A stretch of 64,000 nt of DNA from Candidatus Nomurabacteria bacterium (GCA_020632415.1 JACKFO010000002.1:776413-840412), one strand, 5' to 3'; shown: positions 10,719 to 19,862, counted from the stretch's first letter. Notes: a model not told the origin generated them from the sequence alone. Made by a program: numbers and translations.

Positions 10719-11733
10719 TTTATTTGATTACAATTTACCAAAAGAGCTCATTGCTCAAACACCAATTGATCCTCGAGATCACTGTCGGTTACTTGTGCTA
10801 GATAAAAAAACTGGGAATTTTTTAGATCGATATTTTTATGAGCTGCCAAAATTTTTGGATCAAAATAGCGTCTTGGTTTTAAATGAAACCAAAGTTTTTC
10901 CAGCTCGTCTGAAGGCCAAGAAAAAAACTGGTGGAGAGGTGGAAATTTTTTTGACAAAAAAAATAAACTCAAAGAGTTGGGAGTGCTTAGTGGGTGGTCG
11001 AGGAATAAAAGTGGAGGATCAGTTATTTTTAGCAGAAGATTTAGTTGGTAAAATTATTGAGGATCTTGATGGTAAAACCAAAATTATTCAATTTAATCAA
11101 GCAGATGATAAATTTTTACAGACTGTTGAGAAAATTGGACAGACTCCTTTGCCGCCTTACATCAAGACTGCGGATAGTAAAAAAATTAGAGATGATTATC
11201 AAACAGTTTTTGCCAAAGACAAAGGCTCTGTTGCCGCTCCAACTGCTGGTCTGCACTTTACCAAAGAATTATTAGAAAAAATAAAAGCGCAAGGAGTAGA
11301 AATTTTGACTGTGACTTTGCATGTCGGTTTAGGAACTTTTGCTCCAGTTGAAGTCGAGGAAATTGAAGAGCATCAGATTCATAGCGAATGGGCGAGCATC
11401 AAAAAAGATGTTTCTGATCGATTAAATGATTTAAAAAAATCAGGGAAGAATATTATTGCTGTCGGAACAACCGCTGCTCGTACTCTAGAAGCTTTTTCTA
11501 CTGCCAAAGGAAATTTGGCATCAGGAGAAAAATGGGTGAAGATTTATATTTATCCAGGGTATAAGTATCGTTTTGTTGATGGTCTAATTACAAACTTTCA
11601 TTTACCAAAAAGTTCTTTGTTATTTATGGTCTCAGCTCTGGCGGGGAGAGAAAATATCATGGCGGCTTATCAGCATGCGCTTAAAAATGATTATCGATTT
11701 TTTTCTTTTGGGGATGCAATGTTTATTAAATAA
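10708..11733 (+). CDS. queA: S-adenosylmethionine:tRNA ribosyltransferase-isomerase QueA
   Basis: Conserved motifs (FDYNLP..LIAQ, PLPPYI, GTTAARTLE, NFHLPKSSLLFMVSA); overlaps the queH stop by 11 nt. Confidence 0.9.
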   Translation: MKIDLFDYNLPKELIAQTPIDPRDHCRLLVLDKKTGNFLDRYFYELPKFLDQNSVLVLNETKVFPARLKAKKKTGGEVEIFLTKKINSKSWECLVGGRGIKVEDQLFLAEDLVGKIIEDLDGKTKIIQFNQADDKFLQTVEKIGQTPLPPYIKTADSKKIRDDYQTVFAKDKGSVAAPTAGLHFTKELLEKIKAQGVEILTVTLHVGLGTFAPVEVEEIEEHQIHSEWASIKKDVSDRLNDLKKSGKNIIAVGTTAARTLEAFSTAKGNLASGEKWVKIYIYPGYKYRFVDGLITNFHLPKSSLLFMVSALAGRENIMAAYQHALKNDYRFFSFGDAMFIK

Positions 11734-11975
11734 AAAAATACAGGACCCTTACCTATATTAAAGCCCTTTAAAATAAGCAAAAGTCCTGTGAACTTCCATG
11801 TTTTGATTCTAAATTGTCTACTCTTTCTTGATTGATTACTTTTGCTCAACTTTATTTTTTATAATTTCTTTGGCTCCTTGTTAGGGCCTTATTTTAGTTG
11901 TTTCAAAAAGTATATGTAAGAAAGTATGCGAAAGAACGATCTTGTTTTTATTATAGCATATTTTTGAAAAACTAA

Positions 11976-12003
11976 AAAATCTCCTGAATTCAAGAGATTT
12001 TTT
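11976..12003. terminator. Bidirectional intrinsic terminator between convergent queA and ychF
   Basis: Hairpin aaatctcctg-aatt-caagagattt with an A-run on one side and a T-run on the other. Confidence 0.5.
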
Positions 12004-12008
12004 AGTTT

Positions 12009-13070
12009 TTAATTGAAGTAAAAGTGAACTGTATCGCCGTCTTGCATTAAATACTCTTTGCCTTCCATTCGCATTAGTCCTTTTTCTTTGGCCTGATGCC
12101 AACCGCCAGCATTTAAGAGTTCTTCCCAATTGACTACTTCCGCTCGAATAAAGCCTTTTTCAAAGTCAGTGTGAATCACTCCGGCTGCTTGCGGCGCTTT
12201 TGAACCATTAGTCACGGTCCAGGCCTTTGTTTCTTCTGGGCCAGTTGTAATAAAAGTAATCAGCTCTAATAGTTGATAACTTTTGTTGATCAAATTATTT
12301 AGTCCGCTATTTTTTATTCCAAGTTCTGCCAAAAAAGTTTGTGCTTCCTCATTGTTTAGTTCTGCTAACTCAGATTCTAGTTTTGCGCAGATGCTCAAAG
12401 CATTTTCTGGTAATTTTAAATCTTTATCCAAGTCATTTTCCGCAATGTTATACAAATAAATGATCGGCTTGATGCTCAGTAAATTTAATTGTTTTAATTG
12501 TTTACGCTCTTCTTCGCTCCAATCAAAAGTTGATAGTAATTTTTCTTCTTCTAGAATTTTTTTTGCTTTTTCGGAAACAGCTTTTTCTTGGTCAAGTTCT
12601 TTTGGATAAGAACCTTTCATTTTGCTAGTTACTTTTTCTAGATGTTTTGTTGTAGTTTCTAGATCGGCTAAAATTAATTCTAAGTTGATTACTTGTTTGT
12701 CATCTTCAGGGTCGATTTTTCCATTAACATGAATAACATCTTTATTTTCAAAATGTCTGACTACTTGGACAATAGCATCTACCTCTCGAATGTGAGATAA
12801 AAATTTGTTTCCTAAACCTTCGCCGGTAGAAGCGCCTCTGACTAGACCGGCGATATCGACAAACTCAATAGTTGTCGGGACTATTTTAGCGGAGCTAGAA
12901 AGTTGCGCTAATTTTTCTAAGCGTTGATCTGGAACAGCTACTACTCCAACATTTGGATCGATTGTACAAAAAGGATAGTTGGCCGCTTCGACTTTATTTT
13001 TTGTTAGGGCTTGGAATAGCGTAGATTTACCAACATTTGGCAAACCGACAATTCCTAAAGAAAATGACAT
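12009..13070 (-). CDS. ychF: Ribosome-binding ATPase YchF (Obg-family GTPase)
   Basis: G1 motif GIVGLPNVGKSTLF, G-domain plus C-terminal TGS domain (HTDFEKGFIRAEV). Confidence 0.92.
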   Translation of the reverse strand: MSFSLGIVGLPNVGKSTLFQALTKNKVEAANYPFCTIDPNVGVVAVPDQRLEKLAQLSSSAKIVPTTIEFVDIAGLVRGASTGEGLGNKFLSHIREVDAIVQVVRHFENKDVIHVNGKIDPEDDKQVINLELILADLETTTKHLEKVTSKMKGSYPKELDQEKAVSEKAKKILEEEKLLSTFDWSEEERKQLKQLNLLSIKPIIYLYNIAENDLDKDLKLPENALSICAKLESELAELNNEEAQTFLAELGIKNSGLNNLINKSYQLLELITFITTGPEETKAWTVTNGSKAPQAAGVIHTDFEKGFIRAEVVNWEELLNAGGWHQAKEKGLMRMEGKEYLMQDGDTVHFYFN

Positions 13071-13101
13071 AAGTTTATTCTTTACAGGAGCAATTAAAGC
13101 A

Positions 13102-13136
13102 CAAAAAAACCGCTCTTGTCAACGAAGACAAGAGCG
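13102..13136 (-). terminator. Strong intrinsic terminator (minus strand) upstream of ychF, part of GC-rich islet A
   Basis: Perfect 10-bp stem cgctcttgtc/gacaagagcg, 6-nt loop, followed by TTTTTTT on the minus strand. Confidence 0.6.
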
Positions 13137-13217
13137 TGAGCGGTGAGTGAGTCTGTAGAGCAGGAAGTATCCCAACAGAGCGCTTGCTACTCTCAATTCC
13201 CACAGAGTTTGTGACAT
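13119..13217 (-). CDS. Candidate 32-aa hydrophobic peptide with basic tail (MSQTLWELRVASALLGYFLLYRLTHRSRSCLR); speculative type-I-toxin-like
   Basis: Small ORF in a locally GC-rich patch. GAGGT SD-like sequence 6 nt upstream of the ATG; stop codon sits in the loop of the terminator. Not in the ORF track because it is shorter than 60 aa. Confidence 0.2.
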   Translation of the reverse strand: MSQTLWELRVASALLGYFLLYRLTHRSRSCLR

Positions 13218-13229
13218 GATGGACCTCAC

Positions 13230-13478
13230 TTAGTTTGCTAGTTTTTGGAGGTTTTTTCTGATTTTCCTCCATTGTTTTGGAAAAATGAATTTCAGAAGAA
13301 AAAACGAGTAAAGAGTGAGCAGTACAAGCGTAAGAGGTATCAGTATGGTGTATTTTACAAACAAGATCATTAGATCATCATCAGGCCAGAAGAGGAGAAT
13401 GTTTAGTAAGATGATTGTTAGTAGTAATTTTTTCTTAGGAATGATTCGCCAGTACCAAAACCATATGAGGTTTTTCAT
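13230..13478 (-). CDS. Small hydrophobic membrane protein, hypothetical
   Basis: 82-aa AT-rich ORF with two predicted TM helices; no other support. Confidence 0.3.
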   Translation of the reverse strand: MKNLIWFWYWRIIPKKKLLLTIILLNILLFWPDDDLMILFVKYTILIPLTLVLLTLYSFFLLKFIFPKQWRKIRKNLQKLAN

Positions 13479-13572
13479 TTTTTGTTCCTCCTGCTTGTGA
13501 ACAATTTACCATTAAAGTATAGCTTTAATTTTTTAATTAGCCAAGATCAAAACTTTGGGTTATAATGTTTTT

Positions 13573-15624
13573 ATGTCAAAAATAGATTTTCAAAAAGAAT
13601 TGAATTCTGAACAATATAGAGCAGTCACTGCTCCTGATGGACCACATTTAATTTTGGCTGGTGCAGGGTCTGGTAAGACTCGTACTTTAGTTTATCGAGT
13701 GGCCTATTTAATCGAGCAGGGCGTAAAACCAGAGAAGATTTTGCTTTTAACTTTTACCAACAAAGCAGCTAATGAAATGATGTCTCGGGTAGCGGAACTT
13801 TTGCATTGGCAGGACAAAAATAAATTACCAATTTGGGGCGGAACTTTTCATAGTATTGCTAATCGTCTTTTAAGATTTTATGGCGCTAAGATTGGAATTC
13901 AAAATAATTTTAATATTTTAGACGAAGATGACGCCAAATCGCTTTTAAAAAATATTATCTCTGAGTTTTTTGGTCATTTAGCTGCCAATCGTCGACCTAA
14001 TGCTAGTCTAGCTAAAGAGCTAATTAGCTTTTCAATTAATTCACGGATTAGCTTAGCCGAAGCTTTGGAAATCAAATTTTCTGAGTGGCAAAATTTTTTG
14101 GAGTTATTTGAAAAAGTAGCAGCAGAGTATCAAAAAAGAAAAAAATTATCCAATGTTTTGGATTTTGATGATCTTTTGCTCTATTGGAAAATCTTAACTG
14201 AAGATTCTGAAATGCAAAAAATATTTGACCAGAAATGGCAGTATGTTTTGGTTGATGAATATCAGGATACAAATACTTTGCAGGCGGAAATTATATTTAA
14301 TTTAAGTAAAAACCATCAAAATATTTTGGTGGTCGGCGATGATGCGCAGAGCATCTATTCTTTTCGAGCAGCAAATATTCAAAATATTTTGGATTTTCCA
14401 AAGGTTTTTCCTCGGGCTACAGTTTATAAACTAGAGACCAACTATCGTTCGACCCCAGAGATCTTAGCTTTGGCCAATGAAATCATCGCCTTAAATACTA
14501 ACCAGTTTGCTAAAAATTTACAGGCAATTTTGACAAGTTATGTGAAACCAGAGTTAATTGCTTTGGAAAATAATTTACGAGAAGCAAAGTGGATTGCTGA
14601 TCGGATCGAGGCTTTGATTGCCGAAGGAGTTCCAGCAATAGAGATCGTTGTCTTATTTAGAGCTTCTCATCATTCACAAAGTTTAGAAATGGAATTAAAT
14701 CGTCGAGGGATTGCTTATCAAATGCGTGGCGGTTTAAGATTTTTTGATCGAGCACACATCAAAGATATTTTGGCTTGGCTAAAAGTTTTGACCAACACTA
14801 AAGATGAAGTGGCTTGGGCGAGAATTTTAAATTTATATCCTGGGATTGGCCCTGCTACTGCTCAAAAAATATACGCTCAGGTTTCTGGTTTAGAAAGTTT
14901 AGAAAATATTGATCAAGTAGCTTTTAATCTAGGAAGTAAAGCTCAAACTTCTTGGCAACAAATTTCTCAGGTCATGACTAGTCTCTTCCGTCAGCAAAAA
15001 GCTAATCCAGCAGAGCTGATTAGAATGCTGATCAAAGAGTATCAAGAATATTTGACAGCTCAATATCCAGATTATCGTCAACGAAGTGAAGATTTGGAGC
15101 AGTTAGCTATTTTTTCTTCGTCCTATCAGGACCTGAATGCTTTTTTGAGTGAGATAACTTTACAAGAAAAATTTAATGCCGACGATGGACATGACCAAGA
15201 GGCAATAATTTTAAGTACAATTCATCAAGCTAAGGGTCTGGAATGGCAAGCAGTTTTTTTGATGAATTTAACCAACAAATCTTTACCGCATCCTTTAGCT
15301 GTTTCTGAAACAGAGCAAGAAGAAGAAAGAAGATTGTTTTATGTGGCAGTCACTCGGGCTAAAAAACATTTGTATTTAACTTACCCAATGTCACAATTTT
15401 CTTATGATGGATACAAGAGTTTAACAGCTTCGCCATTTGTTTCCCAGTTGGCCACTACTTTTTTAAATTATAATCATTTGGCAAGATCTACAATGACTAC
15501 TGAAAGTGATGATACGGAATATTCTTTTGAAGACACAGCAGGGGATTTTTGGGAAGAAGACACAAAACATCCGCGTCAGAAAATAAAACCAGGAGATTTT
15601 TTACCAGATATTGAAGATTGGTAG
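13573..15624 (+). CDS. UvrD/PcrA-family ATP-dependent DNA helicase
   Basis: Motif I AGAGSGKT, DEYQDTN (motif II), helicase motifs III-VI, acidic C-terminal tail. The ATG at 13573 lies only about 7 nt after a TATAAT box (13561-13566), suggesting a leaderless transcript. Confidence 0.88.
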   Translation: MSKIDFQKELNSEQYRAVTAPDGPHLILAGAGSGKTRTLVYRVAYLIEQGVKPEKILLLTFTNKAANEMMSRVAELLHWQDKNKLPIWGGTFHSIANRLLRFYGAKIGIQNNFNILDEDDAKSLLKNIISEFFGHLAANRRPNASLAKELISFSINSRISLAEALEIKFSEWQNFLELFEKVAAEYQKRKKLSNVLDFDDLLLYWKILTEDSEMQKIFDQKWQYVLVDEYQDTNTLQAEIIFNLSKNHQNILVVGDDAQSIYSFRAANIQNILDFPKVFPRATVYKLETNYRSTPEILALANEIIALNTNQFAKNLQAILTSYVKPELIALENNLREAKWIADRIEALIAEGVPAIEIVVLFRASHHSQSLEMELNRRGIAYQMRGGLRFFDRAHIKDILAWLKVLTNTKDEVAWARILNLYPGIGPATAQKIYAQVSGLESLENIDQVAFNLGSKAQTSWQQISQVMTSLFRQQKANPAELIRMLIKEYQEYLTAQYPDYRQRSEDLEQLAIFSSSYQDLNAFLSEITLQEKFNADDGHDQEAIILSTIHQAKGLEWQAVFLMNLTNKSLPHPLAVSETEQEEERRLFYVAVTRAKKHLYLTYPMSQFSYDGYKSLTASPFVSQLATTFLNYNHLARSTMTTESDDTEYSFEDTAGDFWEEDTKHPRQKIKPGDFLPDIEDW

Positions 15625-15689
15625 AGAGAAGAAGAGTGAGAGATCGCTCTTTTTTTAATACTCAAAAAATGTTAAAATAAAGAAGTAAA

Positions 15690-18600
15690 ATGAAACATTT
15701 TAAGCTAATTGAAGATACTCTAAAAAATCGAATGATTGTCAGTATTCTGGCGATCTTTGTTTTGTCTTTGTTTAATGTTTGGTTTAGTTATCGTGGTCAA
15801 ATTGCCGTACATGCTGCTTTAGCTCATCAAATTTTTTATATTGATAATCAATTGTCAGGAGAATGTTTGAACTACGTGACGTCTACGAGAACTTGTGGCG
15901 CTTCTTCTGGTATCAGAGCTTGGTCTGATTTAAGTGACGGCTTGAAAGCTATAAAAGATTTGCAAAGCAACGGGACGATTGAACTCGGAGGGCATAATAT
16001 TTATATTCGATCTGGTAAATATTATGATCGAGTAGTTGATTGGCCTTATGGCGCCAATGATAATAAGCGCAATTTTATTAGTGGGTACAATAACGAAATT
16101 CCTGTAATTTCTGGAGCTAAAATATTGTCTAATTGGAGTAGCGAAGGCAATGACATTTACAGTACCACAGATTTAAGTGGAACCAATTATTATCTAGATG
16201 TCAGAGATATTTATCAAGATGATGTTCGACTTACAGAAGCAGAATATCCAAACAATGGAGCTTACTACACCATTGATGATCGTGGTGATGGCACTTACAT
16301 TGAAGATACGGAATTAATTGCTTTGTATAATCAAAATCCAGATTTAGTTTTGGATGCAACTGTTGAATTTTTAGGTCGTGATCTGTATGGTGAGCGTTTT
16401 AAGATTCAGTCTGTTGATTTAAATACAAATAGAGCTTATTTTTATCCCGACAATACTATCGGCTCCGCTCCTTATCCAAATGCAATTTATCATTTGGTTG
16501 GAAAATTAGATTTTCTTGACCAGGCCGGAGAATTTTATTATCAAGTAAGTGCTGATGGAAAAAATGGAGAAGTGGCCTATGTTAAGTTTGCTGCTGGCGA
16601 TAACCCAAATGGTCATTTAATGGAGGTCCCCGATCAAGAAATTTTTCATTTTGGTTATGGCTCTACTCGGCCAGCTTACTATTTGACGGTTTCAAATTTG
16701 GAATTAAAAAATGCTACGCAGGGAGTTTATTTTCAGGGAGAAAGAGATTATATTGCTACTTATGGCAATGATTTTGTTCACCATATCACACTAGATAATA
16801 TAAATAGTCATGATCACGCTCGTTTTGGTTTTATTTTAGGCGGCAATGTCCATCATGTTATTGTTAAAAACAGCAAAGCAGAAAACAATAATGCTGCTGG
16901 CTTCTATTTTCTTGGTTTTTATAAACCGGTTTGTGGTGATGGTAGACTTGATAACTGGACCATTGGTCCAGAATACCAAACTAATCCTGAGCAATGTGAC
17001 GATGGAAATTTGATAGATGGCGATGGTTGTTCATCGACCTGTGGTTTAACGCCTGGATATAATGCCTTGGCCGTGGAGCCCTGGAATGATTATTTTAAAA
17101 GCTATATCACGATTGATAATAATATTATTAGAAATAATAAATCAAACGGCATTTCATTTTCTTATTTAGCAGAAGGAATTATTAGCAATAATACTTTAGA
17201 GTACAATGGAGCGCATTCGGTTAATTCTGGCATTGGTACACAACGTGGATCAGATAATCAGATTTTTGGAAATTCTATTAGCTATCAGGGCGGTAATGGT
17301 ATTTTGATCGAAGGCGGTGTTGATGAAAAAGCTCAAAGATTTGATATTCATGATAATGTCATTCACTATAGTGCCTATAATGTTGATCCACATATTTCCG
17401 CTTATTTTGGAATTTGGTTAGATGAAGCTAATGAAAATAATGTCTATAATAATACTTTTTATGCGGAAAATGGTCGTGGATTTGCTTTGGGCGGAGGAGA
17501 TAATAACAAAATAGTTTATAATAAATTTTTGGATATTTTTGGCGGTGTCTCAGATGAAGAAAATCGTTATGCTTGGTCTGGCTATCTTTATGAAGGTGAA
17601 GGTGAGAGTTTGAAAAATAATATTATTGCTCACAATATTTTTACTGGTAAATTTAATGTTGGCATTTACATGAAGCCAGCAAGCGTAAATGGTTCTGGTA
17701 CCATTGTTAATAATCTGATGGCTAATAACATTTTTTATTCTAGTCGTTCAGATAAAGTGCAGATGAATGATTTGTCGCCAAATATTAATCATTCTATTAA
17801 TACTTACAACAATAATTTGTATTATGCGCCAAATTCAAGTAACGTAGTTTATAATTATCAAGATGTAGATTATTCAAGCTTAAGTTCTTTTCGATCGGCT
17901 TCTTCTCAAGAATCACTTTCTCTCCAAACCAATCCATTGTTTACTAATTTCTCTCAAGAAAACTTTACTCTCCAGTCTAACTCTCCAGCTATTGACCAAG
18001 GAATGTTAATCAGTGGAGTAAACACCAATAACTTCCAAGGTTTTGCTCCAGACATTGGACCTTTAGAATATGCCTCAGGGCCTACTTGTTCCAACTCCAT
18101 CCTAGAAAGTGGAGAAACCTGTGACGATGGAAACCTTAACAATGGCGATGGTTGTTCCTCAAGTTGCCAGATAGAACAAGAAACCCCACCGCCAGCTTCA
18201 TGTACAGACAATATCCAAAATGGTAATGAAACAGGAATAGACTGTGGAGGTTCATGCCCTGCTTGTGACAACGGAGGAGGAAACCCTCTACCACCTCCAC
18301 CAGAGAACCCACCAATAGTATGTGGTAACTCCATCACAGAAAGTGGAGAAACTTGTGACGATGGTAATACAAACAATGGCGATGGATGTTCCTACCTCTG
18401 TCAAATAGAAGAAGACAATCAAGCGACATCAACCACCAACTCAATTAATGTTTTAAAAGCTCAAGGCTTTCTAGCCAAAGCGCCTAACGACCCTAGGGTA
18501 TATTACATTAACCAAGAAAGTAAAAGATATTACATCCCTAACCTTACTACTTTCTACACTTGGTTTAACAACTTTAACTCTCTTCAAGTCATTGACCAAG

Positions 18601-19034
18601 TTACTTTAAATAATAGCTATCCATACGAAGGAAGACTTACTGTTAAACCAGGTAATCTAGTTAAATTCCAAGACTCTAACAAAGTCTATGCAATAGAACC
18701 AGAAAAAACCCTAAGATGGATTACAAGTGGCAATATCTTCTCTGACTTTGGTTATGACTTTAATAAAATCATCCATCTTCCTCAAGAAGACTTTAGTTAC
18801 TACACAATAGGAGAAAACATTACTACTTCAGATATTCACCCTAGTGGACAATTATTAAAGCATGGTTCTTACCCTCAAGTCTTCTATGTTCAAGACGGTA
18901 TAGAATACTGGATCAAAGACCAAAACACTTTCTTATCTCTAGGCTTTAAATGGCAAGATATTATTACCATCCCAGTCAGATACTGGTATACTAGAATCCT
19001 AGATAACTTAAGCTTTAAGTTGAAGGATTGGTAG
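15690..19034 (+). CDS. Giant secreted/surface protein: N-terminal TM/signal anchor, right-handed parallel beta-helix (PbH1) repeats, three Myxococcus-type cysteine-rich repeats (C..DDGN..GDGCS..C), Pro-rich linker, three copies of a C-terminal about 50-aa repeat module
   Basis: N-terminal hydrophobic segment; repeated NN.I..N...GI beta-helix turns; CDDGNLIDGDGCSSTC, CDDGNLNNGDGCSSSC and CDDGNTNNGDGCSYLC repeats; PLPPPPENPP linker; C-terminal VY..W/YI..F..G..W motif repeats. Confidence 0.8.
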   Translation: MKHFKLIEDTLKNRMIVSILAIFVLSLFNVWFSYRGQIAVHAALAHQIFYIDNQLSGECLNYVTSTRTCGASSGIRAWSDLSDGLKAIKDLQSNGTIELGGHNIYIRSGKYYDRVVDWPYGANDNKRNFISGYNNEIPVISGAKILSNWSSEGNDIYSTTDLSGTNYYLDVRDIYQDDVRLTEAEYPNNGAYYTIDDRGDGTYIEDTELIALYNQNPDLVLDATVEFLGRDLYGERFKIQSVDLNTNRAYFYPDNTIGSAPYPNAIYHLVGKLDFLDQAGEFYYQVSADGKNGEVAYVKFAAGDNPNGHLMEVPDQEIFHFGYGSTRPAYYLTVSNLELKNATQGVYFQGERDYIATYGNDFVHHITLDNINSHDHARFGFILGGNVHHVIVKNSKAENNNAAGFYFLGFYKPVCGDGRLDNWTIGPEYQTNPEQCDDGNLIDGDGCSSTCGLTPGYNALAVEPWNDYFKSYITIDNNIIRNNKSNGISFSYLAEGIISNNTLEYNGAHSVNSGIGTQRGSDNQIFGNSISYQGGNGILIEGGVDEKAQRFDIHDNVIHYSAYNVDPHISAYFGIWLDEANENNVYNNTFYAENGRGFALGGGDNNKIVYNKFLDIFGGVSDEENRYAWSGYLYEGEGESLKNNIIAHNIFTGKFNVGIYMKPASVNGSGTIVNNLMANNIFYSSRSDKVQMNDLSPNINHSINTYNNNLYYAPNSSNVVYNYQDVDYSSLSSFRSASSQESLSLQTNPLFTNFSQENFTLQSNSPAIDQGMLISGVNTNNFQGFAPDIGPLEYASGPTCSNSILESGETCDDGNLNNGDGCSSSCQIEQETPPPASCTDNIQNGNETGIDCGGSCPACDNGGGNPLPPPPENPPIVCGNSITESGETCDDGNTNNGDGCSYLCQIEEDNQATSTTNSINVLKAQGFLAKAPNDPRVYYINQESKRYYIPNLTTFYTWFNNFNSLQVIDQVTLNNSYPYEGRLTVKPGNLVKFQDSNKVYAIEPEKTLRWITSGNIFSDFGYDFNKIIHLPQEDFSYYTIGENITTSDIHPSGQLLKHGSYPQVFYVQDGIEYWIKDQNTFLSLGFKWQDIITIPVRYWYTRILDNLSFKLKDW

Positions 19035-19055
19035 AGGTGTGATAAAATATGAGCT

Positions 19056-19841
19056 ATGAAAAAAGATATTATAGTTTTAGATTTAGAAACTAAAAAAACA
19101 TTTGATGAAGTAGGCGGTCACCAAAATCAACACCTTTTGGGCGTTTCTTTGGTTGGGGTTTATTCTTATAATTTAGATAAATATCGTGGCTTCAAAGAAG
19201 AGGAATTCGCTGAACTTTTAGAGTTATTAAAAAATGCTGGACTAGTGATCGGTTTTAATAGTAAGTTTTTTGATTTTCCAGTTTTACAGCCTTATTATAA
19301 AGATTTTGATTTAAGCACGATTCCACATTTAGACATTATGGAAGAGGTTGTTCATGCTTTAGGACATCGTTTAAAATTAGAATCAGTTGCTCAAAGTACT
19401 TTGGGTTATGGAAAATCAGGTTCAGGACTTGATGCTATTGTTTATTATCGAAACAATGACTGGGAAAAATTGATTAAATATTGTTTAGATGATGTCAAAG
19501 TTACCAAAGAAATCTATGATTATGGTTTGAAACACGGAAATATTTGGTACCATAATTCTGGTTTAAAAACCTCGATTGTTGCTCGTTGGTTTGATCAAAA
19601 AGAAACGCCAATTCGTGAAATAGTAGAGAAAGCTTTTGCTGCTGGAGAACAATTAGAAATTGATTATATTGACGAAGGCGGTCAAGTGACCAAAAGAAAA
19701 ATTGACATTCAAGCAATTAAGGGAAACAAAGTAAAAGCTTTTTGTCATTTACGCGATGCTTTGAGAGTATTTGAAATTGATCGAATCAAAGATGCTAAAA
19801 TAGTCGGGCAAATGAAAAGTTTTCAAAGTAGTTTGTTATAG
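19056..19841 (+). CDS. DEDD-type 3'-5' exonuclease (RNase H-like fold) fused to a C-terminal WYL-like ligand-binding domain
   Basis: Exo I IVLDLET, Exo II GFNSKFFDFPVL, Exo III YCLDDVKVTKEIYDY; C-terminal segment EIDYIDEGGQVTKRKI...AFCHLRDALRVFEIDRIKDAKIV fits the WYL domain consensus (Y..g..t.R.i.P....a.C.lr...R.F.ldRI). Confidence 0.6.
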   Translation: MKKDIIVLDLETKKTFDEVGGHQNQHLLGVSLVGVYSYNLDKYRGFKEEEFAELLELLKNAGLVIGFNSKFFDFPVLQPYYKDFDLSTIPHLDIMEEVVHALGHRLKLESVAQSTLGYGKSGSGLDAIVYYRNNDWEKLIKYCLDDVKVTKEIYDYGLKHGNIWYHNSGLKTSIVARWFDQKETPIREIVEKAFAAGEQLEIDYIDEGGQVTKRKIDIQAIKGNKVKAFCHLRDALRVFEIDRIKDAKIVGQMKSFQSSLL

Positions 19842-19862
19842 TTAGAAAGTGAGTTTTAAAAA

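Noticed and set aside
11881-12129. 82-aa minus-strand ORF overlapping the ychF 3' end and terminator
   Set aside because: Overlaps the ychF coding end in another frame and spans the bidirectional terminator; Arg-rich artefact.
13075-13272. 65-aa minus-strand ORF (MEENQKKPPK...)
   Set aside because: It reads straight through a perfect 10-bp terminator hairpin and T-run. A shorter 32-aa ORF ending in the hairpin loop, or a non-coding RNA, explains the region better.
17954-18376. 140-aa minus-strand ORF (Gly/Pro-rich)
   Set aside because: Antisense to the Pro/Gly/Cys-rich repeat region of the giant beta-helix protein; an artefact of the GC-rich repeat.
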